Source: Lingula anatina
Lineage: Eukaryota > Animalia > Brachiopoda
Assembly: GCA_051362555.1 (NCBI GenBank)
Contig: CM120641.1
Location: 2,790,001-2,854,000, forward strand
Reading direction: 5' to 3'
DNA length: 64,000 bases
Each line of letters starts with the position of its first letter. Within the stretch, counting starts at the first letter, position 1. Below are positions 37,221 through 49,553 of this stretch, in pieces. The notes under the pieces were generated by a model. It was not told the DNA's origin. It did not search any database and saw only the letters and a list, made by a program, of their open reading frames with translations. Made by a program: the position numbers and the translations under genes.

Positions 37221-40200
37221 ATGCCGGTTACTAAAAAACCTTTGCGTTTTAGTCATTGTGAGGGTCACACTGATCTTTGCTACAGTGATTCTGGGAGGTG
37301 AGTTGTCAAATAGACCTAGTAGCATTGTGCGATTTCGCTGTCATCAACTTTATTTGGAAGTTTTATTTTAGCATTTATTTAATATTTTTAGTGTATTGTT
37401 ATTGATACCTGATGTGCATTTGAGAAGAATACGTATTTAAGAGCCCTGCTCGCTCTACTTTTAAACACTGCTCGGGAAATAAAAAGACCTTTAACGTTAA
37501 TCTTTTTTTAAAATAGTATTGATTTATTTGCTGTTATTATACATGTACAGGTACTACTAAATAGTACAGTATGGGTTTTACTGGTAACTTTACCACGCTT
37601 GACTAATTTTTGCAGCCCATTTCAGGAACACTTTTCAATTCCTCGATACTTTATTTATAGATATATTTTGACATGTGGTGCAGATGGAGATGTGAGGATC
37701 TTAGATGGTGTTGAGGATGATGATCCTCAGTCACACAGAATAGGAGACAAGGTCTACTCCCTGGCCTATATGGTGAGTGACATTATACAGTGTATTGTGA
37801 ATATGACTTATGAATAAGAAGTATTTTGTTGCATGCTTGGTATTAGGCTCCCTTCCCCTCCTTCCAAGCTTTTTCTTTTTTTAAATCTGGTACAGCAACC
37901 AAACCATCAGACCTGGATGCGTTCAGTAGCAACCAAATGAAAAAAGTTAATGTTGAGCTATGTGTTGATAGGCCTATGGAACTGTACTTGAATATAGGTA
38001 CAATATTTAGTATTTCCCCTTATGATTAGACACTAGACTACATCTCGTGTTTTATAGAAATTTAAAGATATAATTCAGTTATCCACTTGTAATAATTCAA
38101 AATCTTATTGAGTGACTATATACAGTACATCAAATGGCAGGTTGAGTAATTTCTTTGGTTTAACTTTTTAAGGTCATCTTTCACCTTCTTTCAGAATGAT
38201 CACTTCTACACAACGTCAGATGACAACTGTGTTCAGGTCCACACATTCCCAGAGGGCGCCCCTGATGGCATAGTGACGCGGTTCACCTCTCCTGCCACTC
38301 ATATGTGCTTCAACAAAACAGGGACACACATGCTGGCGGGGGCAAGGTGGGTGCTGTAGAACATAGTGAACTTTCTCCAAAGTTACACATGTATTGCATT
38401 TGGCATATTCCAAAGTGCCTGTTAAGGTTACAAATTGAGTTTCCATTATTTTTTACTTCCTCTTACTTGATTATTTTCAGTGGATTTTGAAACTTGATGC
38501 CTGCATCCCTGATTTTACATAGTAATATGTAATTTACTGTAAATTGTCGTTGTTTCGGTTTAACTCATCAGGCAGATTGATTCTTATTAGTAATTGATAA
38601 AATGCACTAAGTTAGACTTTTGTAATATTAATATAAACCATATTTATGGTGTTGGTGATGGTATCCCAAAAAGTTAATCTATCTGTGATTTCTAGTGACT
38701 TCTCTATCAAGTTGGTGGAACTGAAGTCCAGCAGCCAGAAAGTGTTCCTGGGCCATGACGCCCCTGTTCTGAGCATTGCACTAGATTGCAAAGAAGAATA
38801 TGTGGTAGGTATAAGGGATATTATTTTATATAGCTGAATAATATGTATTTTATTTCAGGAAATTTGCCTGTAGTTATGGACTTGTTAAAGTACGAGAAAG
38901 TTGCATATTGAAATAAGTTGTGCACTGGCAAACTTTTATTTGTTTGAGTTATATTTTATATACTGAACCACATAAAAAATGCATTTGATAAATTTTCCTT
39001 ATTTTTTGTTGTTGTTCTATTTATTGTAATTTAGGGTGTGTGTTTTCTGTTCATTTAAAATGACGTTTTAATTCCTTTTATTATATTGTCAAAATTGTCA
39101 CTGTCGATTTGTAAAAATCATTTTACAAAAAAATAAATAAATAGGTAAATAAAAATCAAAGATGCACCAAATTTCACTGTACTTTGAAATGCATCTATTC
39201 TGTTCAAATATTTTCCTTACTTAGAGCATTGCTTAAGTAATTTGTCTTTTATGCAGGCCTCCGCCAGCTGTGATGGGACTGTCAAAGTCTGGAAAGTGGC
39301 TGATCAGTCCTGTGTTAAGACTTTCACTATCTTGCCCAAGGCCAATGATATAAGGTATATATTCCATTATGCTTGCTTTAATTTGATAAGCTTAAAAAGT
39401 GTTGATTTTCATCTTTTATAAAACAAAATGTACTCCTACATGTAGTACTAGAGGGAACCTTAAGATATTTAGTTATGAAAACATGATTGAATGGAATCAC
39501 CGCTTGAAGCAGTAAACATACATGTTTCTACGTGATTTGTGAGATTCTCTTTTACAGTTCTGCGAAAACCCTGTGCCGTCTCACCTGGCATCCCAAGAAC
39601 GGCAAGGTAAGGTATACAGGTGTTACAATTATTAAGTAGGGAATAAGACATCTATACTATACTGACATATAAATCAGGCTTTTACATATTTTGTGATTCT
39701 AAATAAAATTGCTTTGATCAGGTTTGTGCAGTAGAATATTGCATTATTGGCACTTAAAGATATGTTGAATAGTTGTTAGCATTGAGACATGTCCCTGTTA
39801 TGAAGCATTGTTTCCATTTTAGTTAATTGTCCCCGTTGATAAAGAAGTGCGTGTGTATGAAAGGAACACATGGGAGCTGTCGTATACACTCAAGGATGAT
39901 ACCATAAAAGAGGTAGGTCCAAGATACTATATATGTGTTACAGCACTCTCATGGACACTTGCACACATCTTACCCTATCAGGAACAGTGAAACAGCACTT
40001 TTTTTGGAACTTAAAAGTGAAATGTAGATTTTTTCTGTTGTTGAAACATCATCTGGTTGTATAAGTGTTCTAATGAGCGATGCATGATGAATCTCTTTAT
40101 GTTTTAGTTGGTCTCCATCACAGTGTTCTCTCCATGTGGGAACTACCTGGCTGTGAGTTGTATTGATGGCTGGGTGCTCATCTTTGATTTTAAGCTTGGC

Positions 40201-43200
40201 GTCTGTGTAGAAAGGTAAGTTGTTATGAAAATTAAGGAGTTATTTAAGACAAATTTTTTTTGTTTTTGATTTCAAGCTTGGTGCTATATAGAAAAATGAA
40301 GTGTAATGAAAATTCATGAAAAAATTTGTCATTTTGAAAAATAAGACAAACTGAGATTGTGCCTAATAATAAAAATTCTCAAGAATAAGTACTCTTTCAC
40401 TTGCAGAGTTCAACATGACAAGAAGCTGACTATAAGTGCTCTAGCATGGAATCCTAAAGGAAATAAGGAGATAGCATTTTGTGATAACCAGGTAAGTTGT
40501 ATACAAATATAGCATTTTGTGATAACCAGGTAAGTTGTATAGAAATAGAGCATTTTGTGATAACCAGGTAAGTTGTATAGAAATATAAGCATGTTGCTGA
40601 ATAAGTATTTTACAGCAAGAGAATTTATAGCAAAAATAGCAAAGTAAAAAAAGTGATATATTGTGTTTGTGCTTTTTATCAGTCAGATATAATTGTTAGT
40701 CTGTTTTGTAGTTGGTTTTCTTGTATTTATTTTTAATAGGGAAACCTTGGGGTGTTGGAGAATGTTATACCTGAAGATGGGGCAAGTGCAAATAAGGTAT
40801 GATATGTGACACATTAGCATGCCTGTGATTTGAACCTTGGGTTAGGAAAGTGAACATAGTTTGATGCTATTTTAACACATCTGCAAAATATTCTAGTGTC
40901 AGCATCATCAGGTACATACTCATTTTAATAAATTAGATGTATTTAAGTAATATGAATATATAGTTTATCGTAATCAAATGCACTGTATTGTGGTGATAAG
41001 GTACAATGTGTTAATTCTACAATAAAATGCAATACAATATGATATAATACAGGATAAATTATGATAAAATAATGTAAGGTGATAACTATTATTTTTGTAC
41101 TCTGAAGGCTGCTCCTGTTGTAACTGGAGATCAATTCAATGAACTTTTTGATGATGGTGATGATGACATGCTCATCCAAGCCACCAATCAGGGCAGTTCT
41201 ACTCCTGTCCACACCGTAGCAGCTTTTGACGATGATGATAATGACAGTGAAATTGACATTGGGAAAATCAAGGCTAGATACAACATTGGGGATGATATGG
41301 AATCTCAAGGTATTTTACAAAGAGTGTATTTAGAAGTAACTAGGCCTTTGTTTTGAAGCTTATGAGGATTTAATTATGACTGTGCTTTTATTTTTGTTTT
41401 GATTAATGTACAAATCCATCTTTAGGCGCTTTACCAAAGTGGATTTATTTTAAAAGCTGGTTTTAGTATTACTTCATCAATTTTTATATACGTCCAGTGT
41501 AATGAGTGTGTAATCTCCTGTGACAGTGTGTGGTAATCACTCGAGCAGTAACCACGCATACAAGAACAGAGTATAAATTAACTTACTTTGTTTTCGTTTT
41601 TCATAGTCCCAGTATTCAAAAATCTTCAATTTTATTCTTTCAAGATGGAGATTCTGTCAAACCCTCGGCAGACGGAGATGCAGAGAGTGTGCGTAGTGGA
41701 CGTCCTGCGGCCCCCCTCCAGCCCCAGCCCTCTGGCCCCAGACCCACACCCCTCCAGAGACCATTCCAGCCAGGGTCCACACCCGTACATCTGTCTCAGA
41801 GATTCATGGTGACTACAACATTTAAATCTGTTGATATATTATTTCAATAATTTTTTTTTAAAACCTCAAATTGTCTCTGTTTTAAAAACAAGACTTCACA
41901 GTCATATCTCAGCAGCAGTAGACTTTCAGGAGTGATAAAATGTACAAGATGGCCAGTGCCTTGAGATGAGAACATAAGTATTCTCAAACAATCCATTCAC
42001 ATTTTTTGAAAAATTTTATCAGATTTTTTTCCAAGAATGTAACAAAATATAAAACTGGTCTTCAGGTGTGGAACTCCGTGGGAATCATAAAACAGTACAA
42101 TACAGAAGAAGAGAACTCCTTGGATGTAGAATTCCATGACACTTCAGTTCATCACGCCATGCACCTGGAGAACACCATGAACTTTACAATGGCGGACATG
42201 TCTACGGAGGCGGTAGTACTGGCCTGTGAGAGTGGAGAAGAGAACACAAGGTAAAACCAGACGACCATTCATTTTTGGACATCTAATTTGCTGAGTAATC
42301 CTGTTAACCAAAAGGAAAAATATTTGCTCAATTTACTTCAAATATTAGTTGGAATTTCAGGTGATAAGATTACTGGAATTTACTATATTCCTTAGGGAGT
42401 CAGTGAGATTTTAAGGTTGATCACTCGCGTATATTTTCTTTGTTTAATCATCCTGGTTCAAAATGTTGTTGTTTGCTCAATCAACTACTGAAGTTATTAC
42501 AATTTTACATCTTGAACGACAAATTTGACATGTTATTTTGAAAAAAAAAAAAAAAACATGGCAAAAGTGCATTCTTTAGATAATGTTTTGATTTGTCTAT
42601 AAAGATGATGATGTGCAACTTTATATGTGTACATAAAACAAAAGAGGTGTGACTAAATTGATTTTTATTCAAAAATGTTTCTTTAGAAAATTTTGAGATC
42701 TGCTTCACATATAACTTAGTATTATTTGTTTCCTGTAGCACCCTGATGTGCCTGCACTTTAGTTCTTGGGACAACAACAAGGACTGGACACTGCCAATGC
42801 CCAAAGGAGAAGAGATACAGGTAAGATTGCATTTTCAAGGATTAAGTACCATAATTGATTCCAATGACTTCACTTTTAAGTAGTCATATTATGTTTAGTT
42901 CCAGGGAAATAAGTTTATTAGCTACTCACATGTGCTGTTCATGAATTTGAAATCTTTTTAGAATTGTTTTTCTTTTTGTATTAGACCCTCTAAAATGTAA
43001 AGAAAACTGAAGCATGTATAGATTTGGTTTGGCAGTCATGATCCTTAAGAATAAAACCTCTGAAATTCTTTGTTTGTGTGTGTGTTTTAATAAATAACCT
43101 GTGGATACCGTACAATACAGGCTGTCACAGTGGGAGAGGGATGGATAGCTGCTGCCACAGACAAGCGTAATGTCCGCATCGTGTCAGTTGGAGGAGTACA

Positions 43201-46200
43201 GCAGGAGATCTTCAGTGTTCCAGGCCCTGTAGTGACCATGGCAGGCCACAGCCACCAACTCATGGTGGTCTATCACATGGGGACAGGTGGGGACAGTGTG
43301 CGTGCGCGAACATGAATACATGTGTTTATAGGGTTGCCAAGTCCTCATTGTGCGTAAAACATAATATTTATAATAGATAAGCGAGAGGAATTTTATTTCT
43401 GGTGCCATTCCCAGAAAGAAAATCTAAAATTATATTTTACCTGTCAAAATGAATATTTTTGTGCAACTGACAATTGATGGGACACAGAATGTAATAAAAT
43501 GATATAATCAAGCTGAACAATTCACTGCCTTAGGTGTGCCAGGGGACCAGTATTTAGGAGTGAAGCTGATGTACGTGAGAGGGAAGAAGAAATGTGTCAT
43601 TCCTGGGGAACATCTGCCCTTGTCACCCAAAGCTACACTCAGCTGGCTGGGGTAAGAGAACATATGGAGGCTTAATTGCTGGTTCTTTATAACCCTTATC
43701 CTCAACCTGACAGCAATTTAACAAAGTAGAAGTTCGAGTGTAACTTTCTAACATTTACCTAGTCTTCTTGCTTGTCTCTCTTCTCCAAGATAAAGAAACT
43801 GATTATCATTAGAAATGCCAAAAAATGCTCAGTGTAATTTGGCAAGTTTAAAAGTACTTTGCCTCTATTTATTAAAAGAATACAAGTATTGACCATGCAT
43901 TAAAACAAAATAATATTTCCATGTTGAAATTTTCAGCTTTTCTGCAGAGGGCAGTCCATTTGCTGTGGACTCCAGTGGCATTGTGAGAATGTTAAACAGA
44001 CGATTTGGCTCAACTTGGATGCCAGTGGCAAACCTTAGGTCTCATGTAAGAGAACAATTATAGGGTTTTAATTTGAATTTTTCGCTGGTTGTACTCACAA
44101 GATACACAAATGTCAATGAATGAGAACTACATTTTGACCCCTTGTATTTTCCTAATATTTTCTTATTTTGATTCCAATATATATTTTTTTGCTCTACTTC
44201 TTAACATCTTATATTAACATTACCTGGTATATTTTGATCATTAAAACAAAATAATATTTCCATGTTGAAATTTTCAGCTTTTCTGCAGAGGGCAGTCCAT
44301 TTGGTAAATTTTTACTGGGAAATGCACTGTGCATCTATAAAAATATCCATTTGTAACATTAAGTGATGGTTGCTTGTTCTCTACTTTCAGGCAAAGGGGA
44401 AATCTGATAACTTCTGGATGGTTGGTGTATGTGAAAACCCAGAGCAAATAAGGTGAGGAGTATTTCTGTAAAAAATGTATGCTTATTTTTTTATTCTGAT
44501 TTGAAACAAAATTATGTATTTAAATATTTGTTTATTTATTTGCATAATGTGTTATACAGAAATAAGTAACTGATAAAAGTAATATGATGTCTTTATCCTT
44601 GTTTTCTTGCCTCACAACTGGAGTACCTTGATTAATTGTTTTGCTATTTTGTAGATGTGTACCGTGCAAGGGTTCTGTCTATCCCCCCACCCTTCCCCGG
44701 CCTGCCGTCACCATTCTGCCCTTCCAACTGCCTTTCTGTGAACTCACCACTGAGAAAGGACAGTTTGAGGTTTGTACTACTAAAGTTTGTTGTGTTGTAT
44801 GATACTAAAAATGCTTCAGGTATTATTTGAGTATTATTATGCATGTGGAAACTGAAAGATGTACATTTTCATTTAAATGTAATTGTTCATCCAATATTTT
44901 AATTATAGTGTATATTGAGTATCATTTTGTGCATTTGGAAATGAAGAGGTGTGAATTTTCTCTTTAATGTTATTATTCGACAATTATTTTAATCATAGTG
45001 CTTCCATAAGTAAATAAATAAAAATCAAGAAAAAAAAACATCTTTTAAAGGACTTTAACATGAAAAATAGATGAAAAATGTCTATTCTGTCAACCTGATC
45101 TCAATGTTGTAGGAGAAGCACTGGCGTAACCACATCCTGACTGGTCACTATGACTTCTGGCGGAGTATAGGGTGGGAGGTGGAGGAGGGGGACATGGAAC
45201 AGGCCAGGAAACCCATGACTGAGGCTTTGATGCAACTGTTTGCTGTAAGTGTTTTTATAGCTTGTTTAAAGTTTTATGGAGAAGTTTCCAGTCTTTACTG
45301 AGCATTAAGATGTTTTTTTAAGTCTACATGTAAATGATATAAGTTTTTGTTTGTGTATGTAAATATTTGATTTGAAAAGGAAGAAAAAACAAAGATTTTT
45401 TCTTGATTTTTTATGGGCTTATAAATGTTAATTTTTAGAGATTAAAAGTCACCATCAGTTTTTCCCCATTTTCCAGTTGTCTTGCAAAGCTGACAGAGAG
45501 TTCAGAGCCATAGAACTGTGTGAGATGATGCCCAGTCAGCATGCTGTCCAGTTGGCCATTAAGTATGCTAGTCGTATGAAGAGAATACAGTTGGCAGAAA
45601 AGATCAGTGATGTGGCACGGCAGAAGGCTGAGGAAGAGGCAGCAAGACTGCAGCAGGACATGGAAGAGGAGGAAGAGGAAGAGCCACACTTTAGAAGTGT
45701 TTTGAGGCCAGCGTGAGTTGCTTTCCTTTAAATAAAAGAATTAAAAGAATTTATGTGTAGCTCTTATCAGCACATTTTAATTTAATGGAAATGATGTGAT
45801 TTCTTTTCTTTGATATTTACCTAAAAATGGTATACATTTAAGCCGTAACAAGACCACCACAGAATGGTCTGATAGAACTGAACAAGCTGAGGAGGAAGAC
45901 ATGGAACAAGAGGATGCAGAGGAGGAGGAAGAAGAGACACACAGTTCAGGTAATAATGCTTAAATTTTTAAATGGTGGCTGGGAATAAATTGGTGGATGT
46001 TTGCGTTACAATATCTACCATAAACTTCTTCATTATCAGTTATGTTGTTTGATGTAAAAGAAATTAATTTCTTACAGGAAAATAAAGATGGGAAGAAGTT
46101 AAAATACTTAATATGTTGAATTATAGTATTTGGTTTTGCATGATAATTTCAGGGCCAATGCTACATTTAAATCAGAAAAAAGAAATGAAAACAAAAGCAA

Positions 46201-47851
46201 CAATACAGCTAAGTGGAACAAGGAAAAATCCTTTCAAGGTAAACTATGAATAAACTTGCATGAGATTCCAGGAAGAATGAACATTGTATGGATAGTTTGT
46301 AATTAGATTTAAATGCAGACATATTTCATTCATAACATTGTCATAGATATATTTGAAAAAGAAATCTAAAGATAGAGTCTTATCCTTATTGTGAATTTTA
46401 CCATTTCACAGTCAAACACCAAAACAACCCCCACATCAGCGAGAGGAACAAGTGTGTTTGATGACATGAAGAAACAGCAAAAGTCTTCCAAGAGCCCTGT
46501 TGGATTGAGCACTGAACAGAAGACACAAAAGAAAAAGGTGCTTAGTTAGGATAAACTTAAGATTTAGATAATATTATTGGATGATGAATGTGTTTATTTG
46601 TCTATCATTAATATATAAATGTTCAAAATAGTGTTCATGCATCTGTATTTGTAAAATAAAAGCATGATTTTCTCCCTGCTTTAATGTAAATATCACAATT
46701 TTGGAGAGATTTTTAACTATACTTTATTACAGACTTCAGTTTATTTTTGATCATTTGTAGGGTCCTATGCAGATGAAACTTTTCCAATCCAAGAAAGGAA
46801 AGGATGAATCAGAAACACAACAAGCTCAAACTCCAGAAACTCCAAATAATAAAAAGTAAGTTGAATCAAGAATTGAATGAAAATGGGATAAGCATTTATA
46901 TTCTCTCTTAAAGAAGATAAACATTCAGGTTTTTTTTTTAAGGAACTTAATACTAATAATTATGTTTCTGTAAATTTTTTGTTAAATTGCAAACCATATT
47001 TCTTTCACGGGCATTCTACAGAGAAAGTCAATCATTCGGACAACTCGGTCACATTTTTGATCAACTTTATATTGCTTTCTCTTTCCATCTTATGATTTTT
47101 TTCAGTGATATAATTAGTATTCTCGGTATTATAAACTGTTTTCTGTTTGTTTTCGCCAGGCGAGCCAACCCCTTCCAGCTGTGGCTAGAAGAAAACAAGA
47201 GCAGACTAGAGGATGAGAATCCAGGTTTGGAGGAGGCAGACTTCACTGTAATAGCCACCACAGAGTATGCCAGTCTGCCCAGAGAAGAAAAGAAGGTACA
47301 TAGTGCACTAGGTTTTGTCATGGAGCCTTGTTTGGTGGCTTTTGTCCCATTGCTTCACCTAGCTGTTATCAATCTTCTGTTGTCGTCTTTCTGTGAGATT
47401 TTAAAAACTATCATACTATGAAATCAGATGATTTGTATATTTGTGGAATTTTGAATCAGTTATAAACACCTTTAAATATATTTCATACAGATTTCTATAT
47501 ATTGTTTTGTAATGGTGATATTCATTGTTTGAGCTGAAAACCTTGACAATGCTGTACACTGAATTGTCTTGAATACCATTGTTCCAACAGAAATGGATGG
47601 AAAAGGCAAAAGCAGCATCTACTCCAGCCACACCTAGCACTCCAACCTCAGCACCAACCACTAACGCAGAAGACACTCCAACCTCAGGGACAGACAAAAA
47701 GAAGAGAAAAAGAGACGAAATGGATGAAAATGACCAAAATGAAACAACAGAGTCCAGCAAAATAAAGAATAAAATGGACAATCTACCAAAGAAGAAAAAG
47801 CCATTGTCGCAAAGCACCAATTGTAAACTGGCTGCCTTCAAAAGAGACTGA
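37221..47851 (+). CDS. WDHD1: WD repeat and HMG-box DNA-binding protein 1 (AND-1/Ctf4)
   Basis: About 27 exons. The start MPVTKKPLRFSHCEGHTDLCYSDSG resembles vertebrate WDHD1. WD40 repeats, a SepB region (PFQPGSTPVHLSQRFMVWNSVGII, VEFHDTSVHH, ADREFRAIELCEMM), an HMG box (FQLWLEENK...EEKKKWMEKAK) and C-terminal KLAAFKRD* follow. Confidence 0.96.
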
Positions 47852-49553
47852 GGTTTCTATAGTTTATGTAATTGTTGTAAAGAAATGTTTATTAATCTGG
47901 GTTATATTGGGTCAGAAATGGAGTTTTTTTAATCATAAATCATTGTTAAAGATTAACCTCTTCGTCTCTTCTGTGTGATCACAGTGGGGAATCAATTTGG
48001 CTAAAAAATGGTTGCGATCACTTCATGATACAGCCCCTTCTAGGTTGTTTTATTTCTTGTACGCCTACAAAATGTATTTTAATGGTTTTTAGGGACTTCA
48101 CAACATGATTACTCTAAAGACTTGTTTGTATATTTGATATATGATGATAATATATATAATTCAAAACCATGTATGCTTTGACTTTTGTTAGAAAATTAAC
48201 GATAAAATAATTTCTCTATCAACATTTGCAATTCCATGACAATATTTTGGCACATACAAGAAAAAGACCAAGATGAGAGTAATTGTCCAGTATTGATCTC
48301 AAAAGGGAAAATCTAATAGCAAAACCAGCCTTGTCAACCTTCTGGTGAACTTGGGTGAAGCAAGGACCTACGTAGGACAATACGACTCGTGGTGTACAGG
48401 CTGTAATCAGAAAAACCAAACTAGTTGTACAGCATATGGATTAATCTTTTCTTCGTTACAAAATTCTTTTTGTGCAAAAACAAAAAGCTGTATTTTAAAT
48501 TTCTCCTGACTTTTAGTTTAAAAGGTTGCCCATTACCACTTCATGCTTCAAGTGTCCACTGAATTAGAAAGGCAGATTACATAAAATTGAATCATCTTTT
48601 TCAGATATAAAAACTGGAGGATTTTAAAACCCCAAAAAAATCGGTTTCAAGTTCTTAATGTCACATATAATAATGTCATCATCTCTTCAACGCTAAATCT
48701 CCACTTCCTGTACAGGAAATGTAAAGTACGGGTGAGGGGATCTGCATAAAAATTGAATGTTTGGTAACAGTTAATTTCTCTTACTAAAAACAGGTTAGTA
48801 AAATGCAAGACAAGTCCACTTATTGTATTTTTTAGTTTTATTCTATATTTTCATGCTTTTCTTTGATAAAATATATAAATCCCAGCATGATAAATGTAGA
48901 AAATAACTTTTCACATTTATAACAGCCGATACACCAACTTCACATGTAAAGACACTTTTACAAACCAACTTTTAAATTGATAATGGAGTCGCATTTATGA
49001 TGGTTTTGTATTTTCATTCCATCTACAAATGCACTTCAGTAATTACATAATTACAAACTGAAATTCATATCCCAGACAATGTTCAGACTTTTTATCAGCT
49101 AATTGCACTGCATTTAAGTTTAAATTTGACTTCTTCATTATTTCCTGTCCAGCAGCAGTGTTACCCCACCTCTTCCTTTTTCAATAATTTGCATATTGAC
49201 AAAAAAGCAAGATTGGGGATATTCCCCTCAATGTTACACAAATAACTAAAAAAAAATTGAATTTTTGCCTCATGTTAGACAAAAACAAGTCTTCCCCATA
49301 CTTCAATGAGAGAATTAATTGTCATCCTTATGCTGTCATTTTTCTTGATGGAATAGATTGGTCCACTGATGAAGTGAAAAATATCTCATTCATATCCCTC
49401 CCTTTAAACTTTTGTGTGATCAAACTTGGCATCATGCACAATTGCCGCTTGATAACAGAACGAAATCGTGCTGTGGTAAAAAAAAAAAAAAAAAAAAACA
49501 CACCCTTTTCTGATACCTGGCAACTGATGTCACCAAGCTCCAACTAAAACGGG

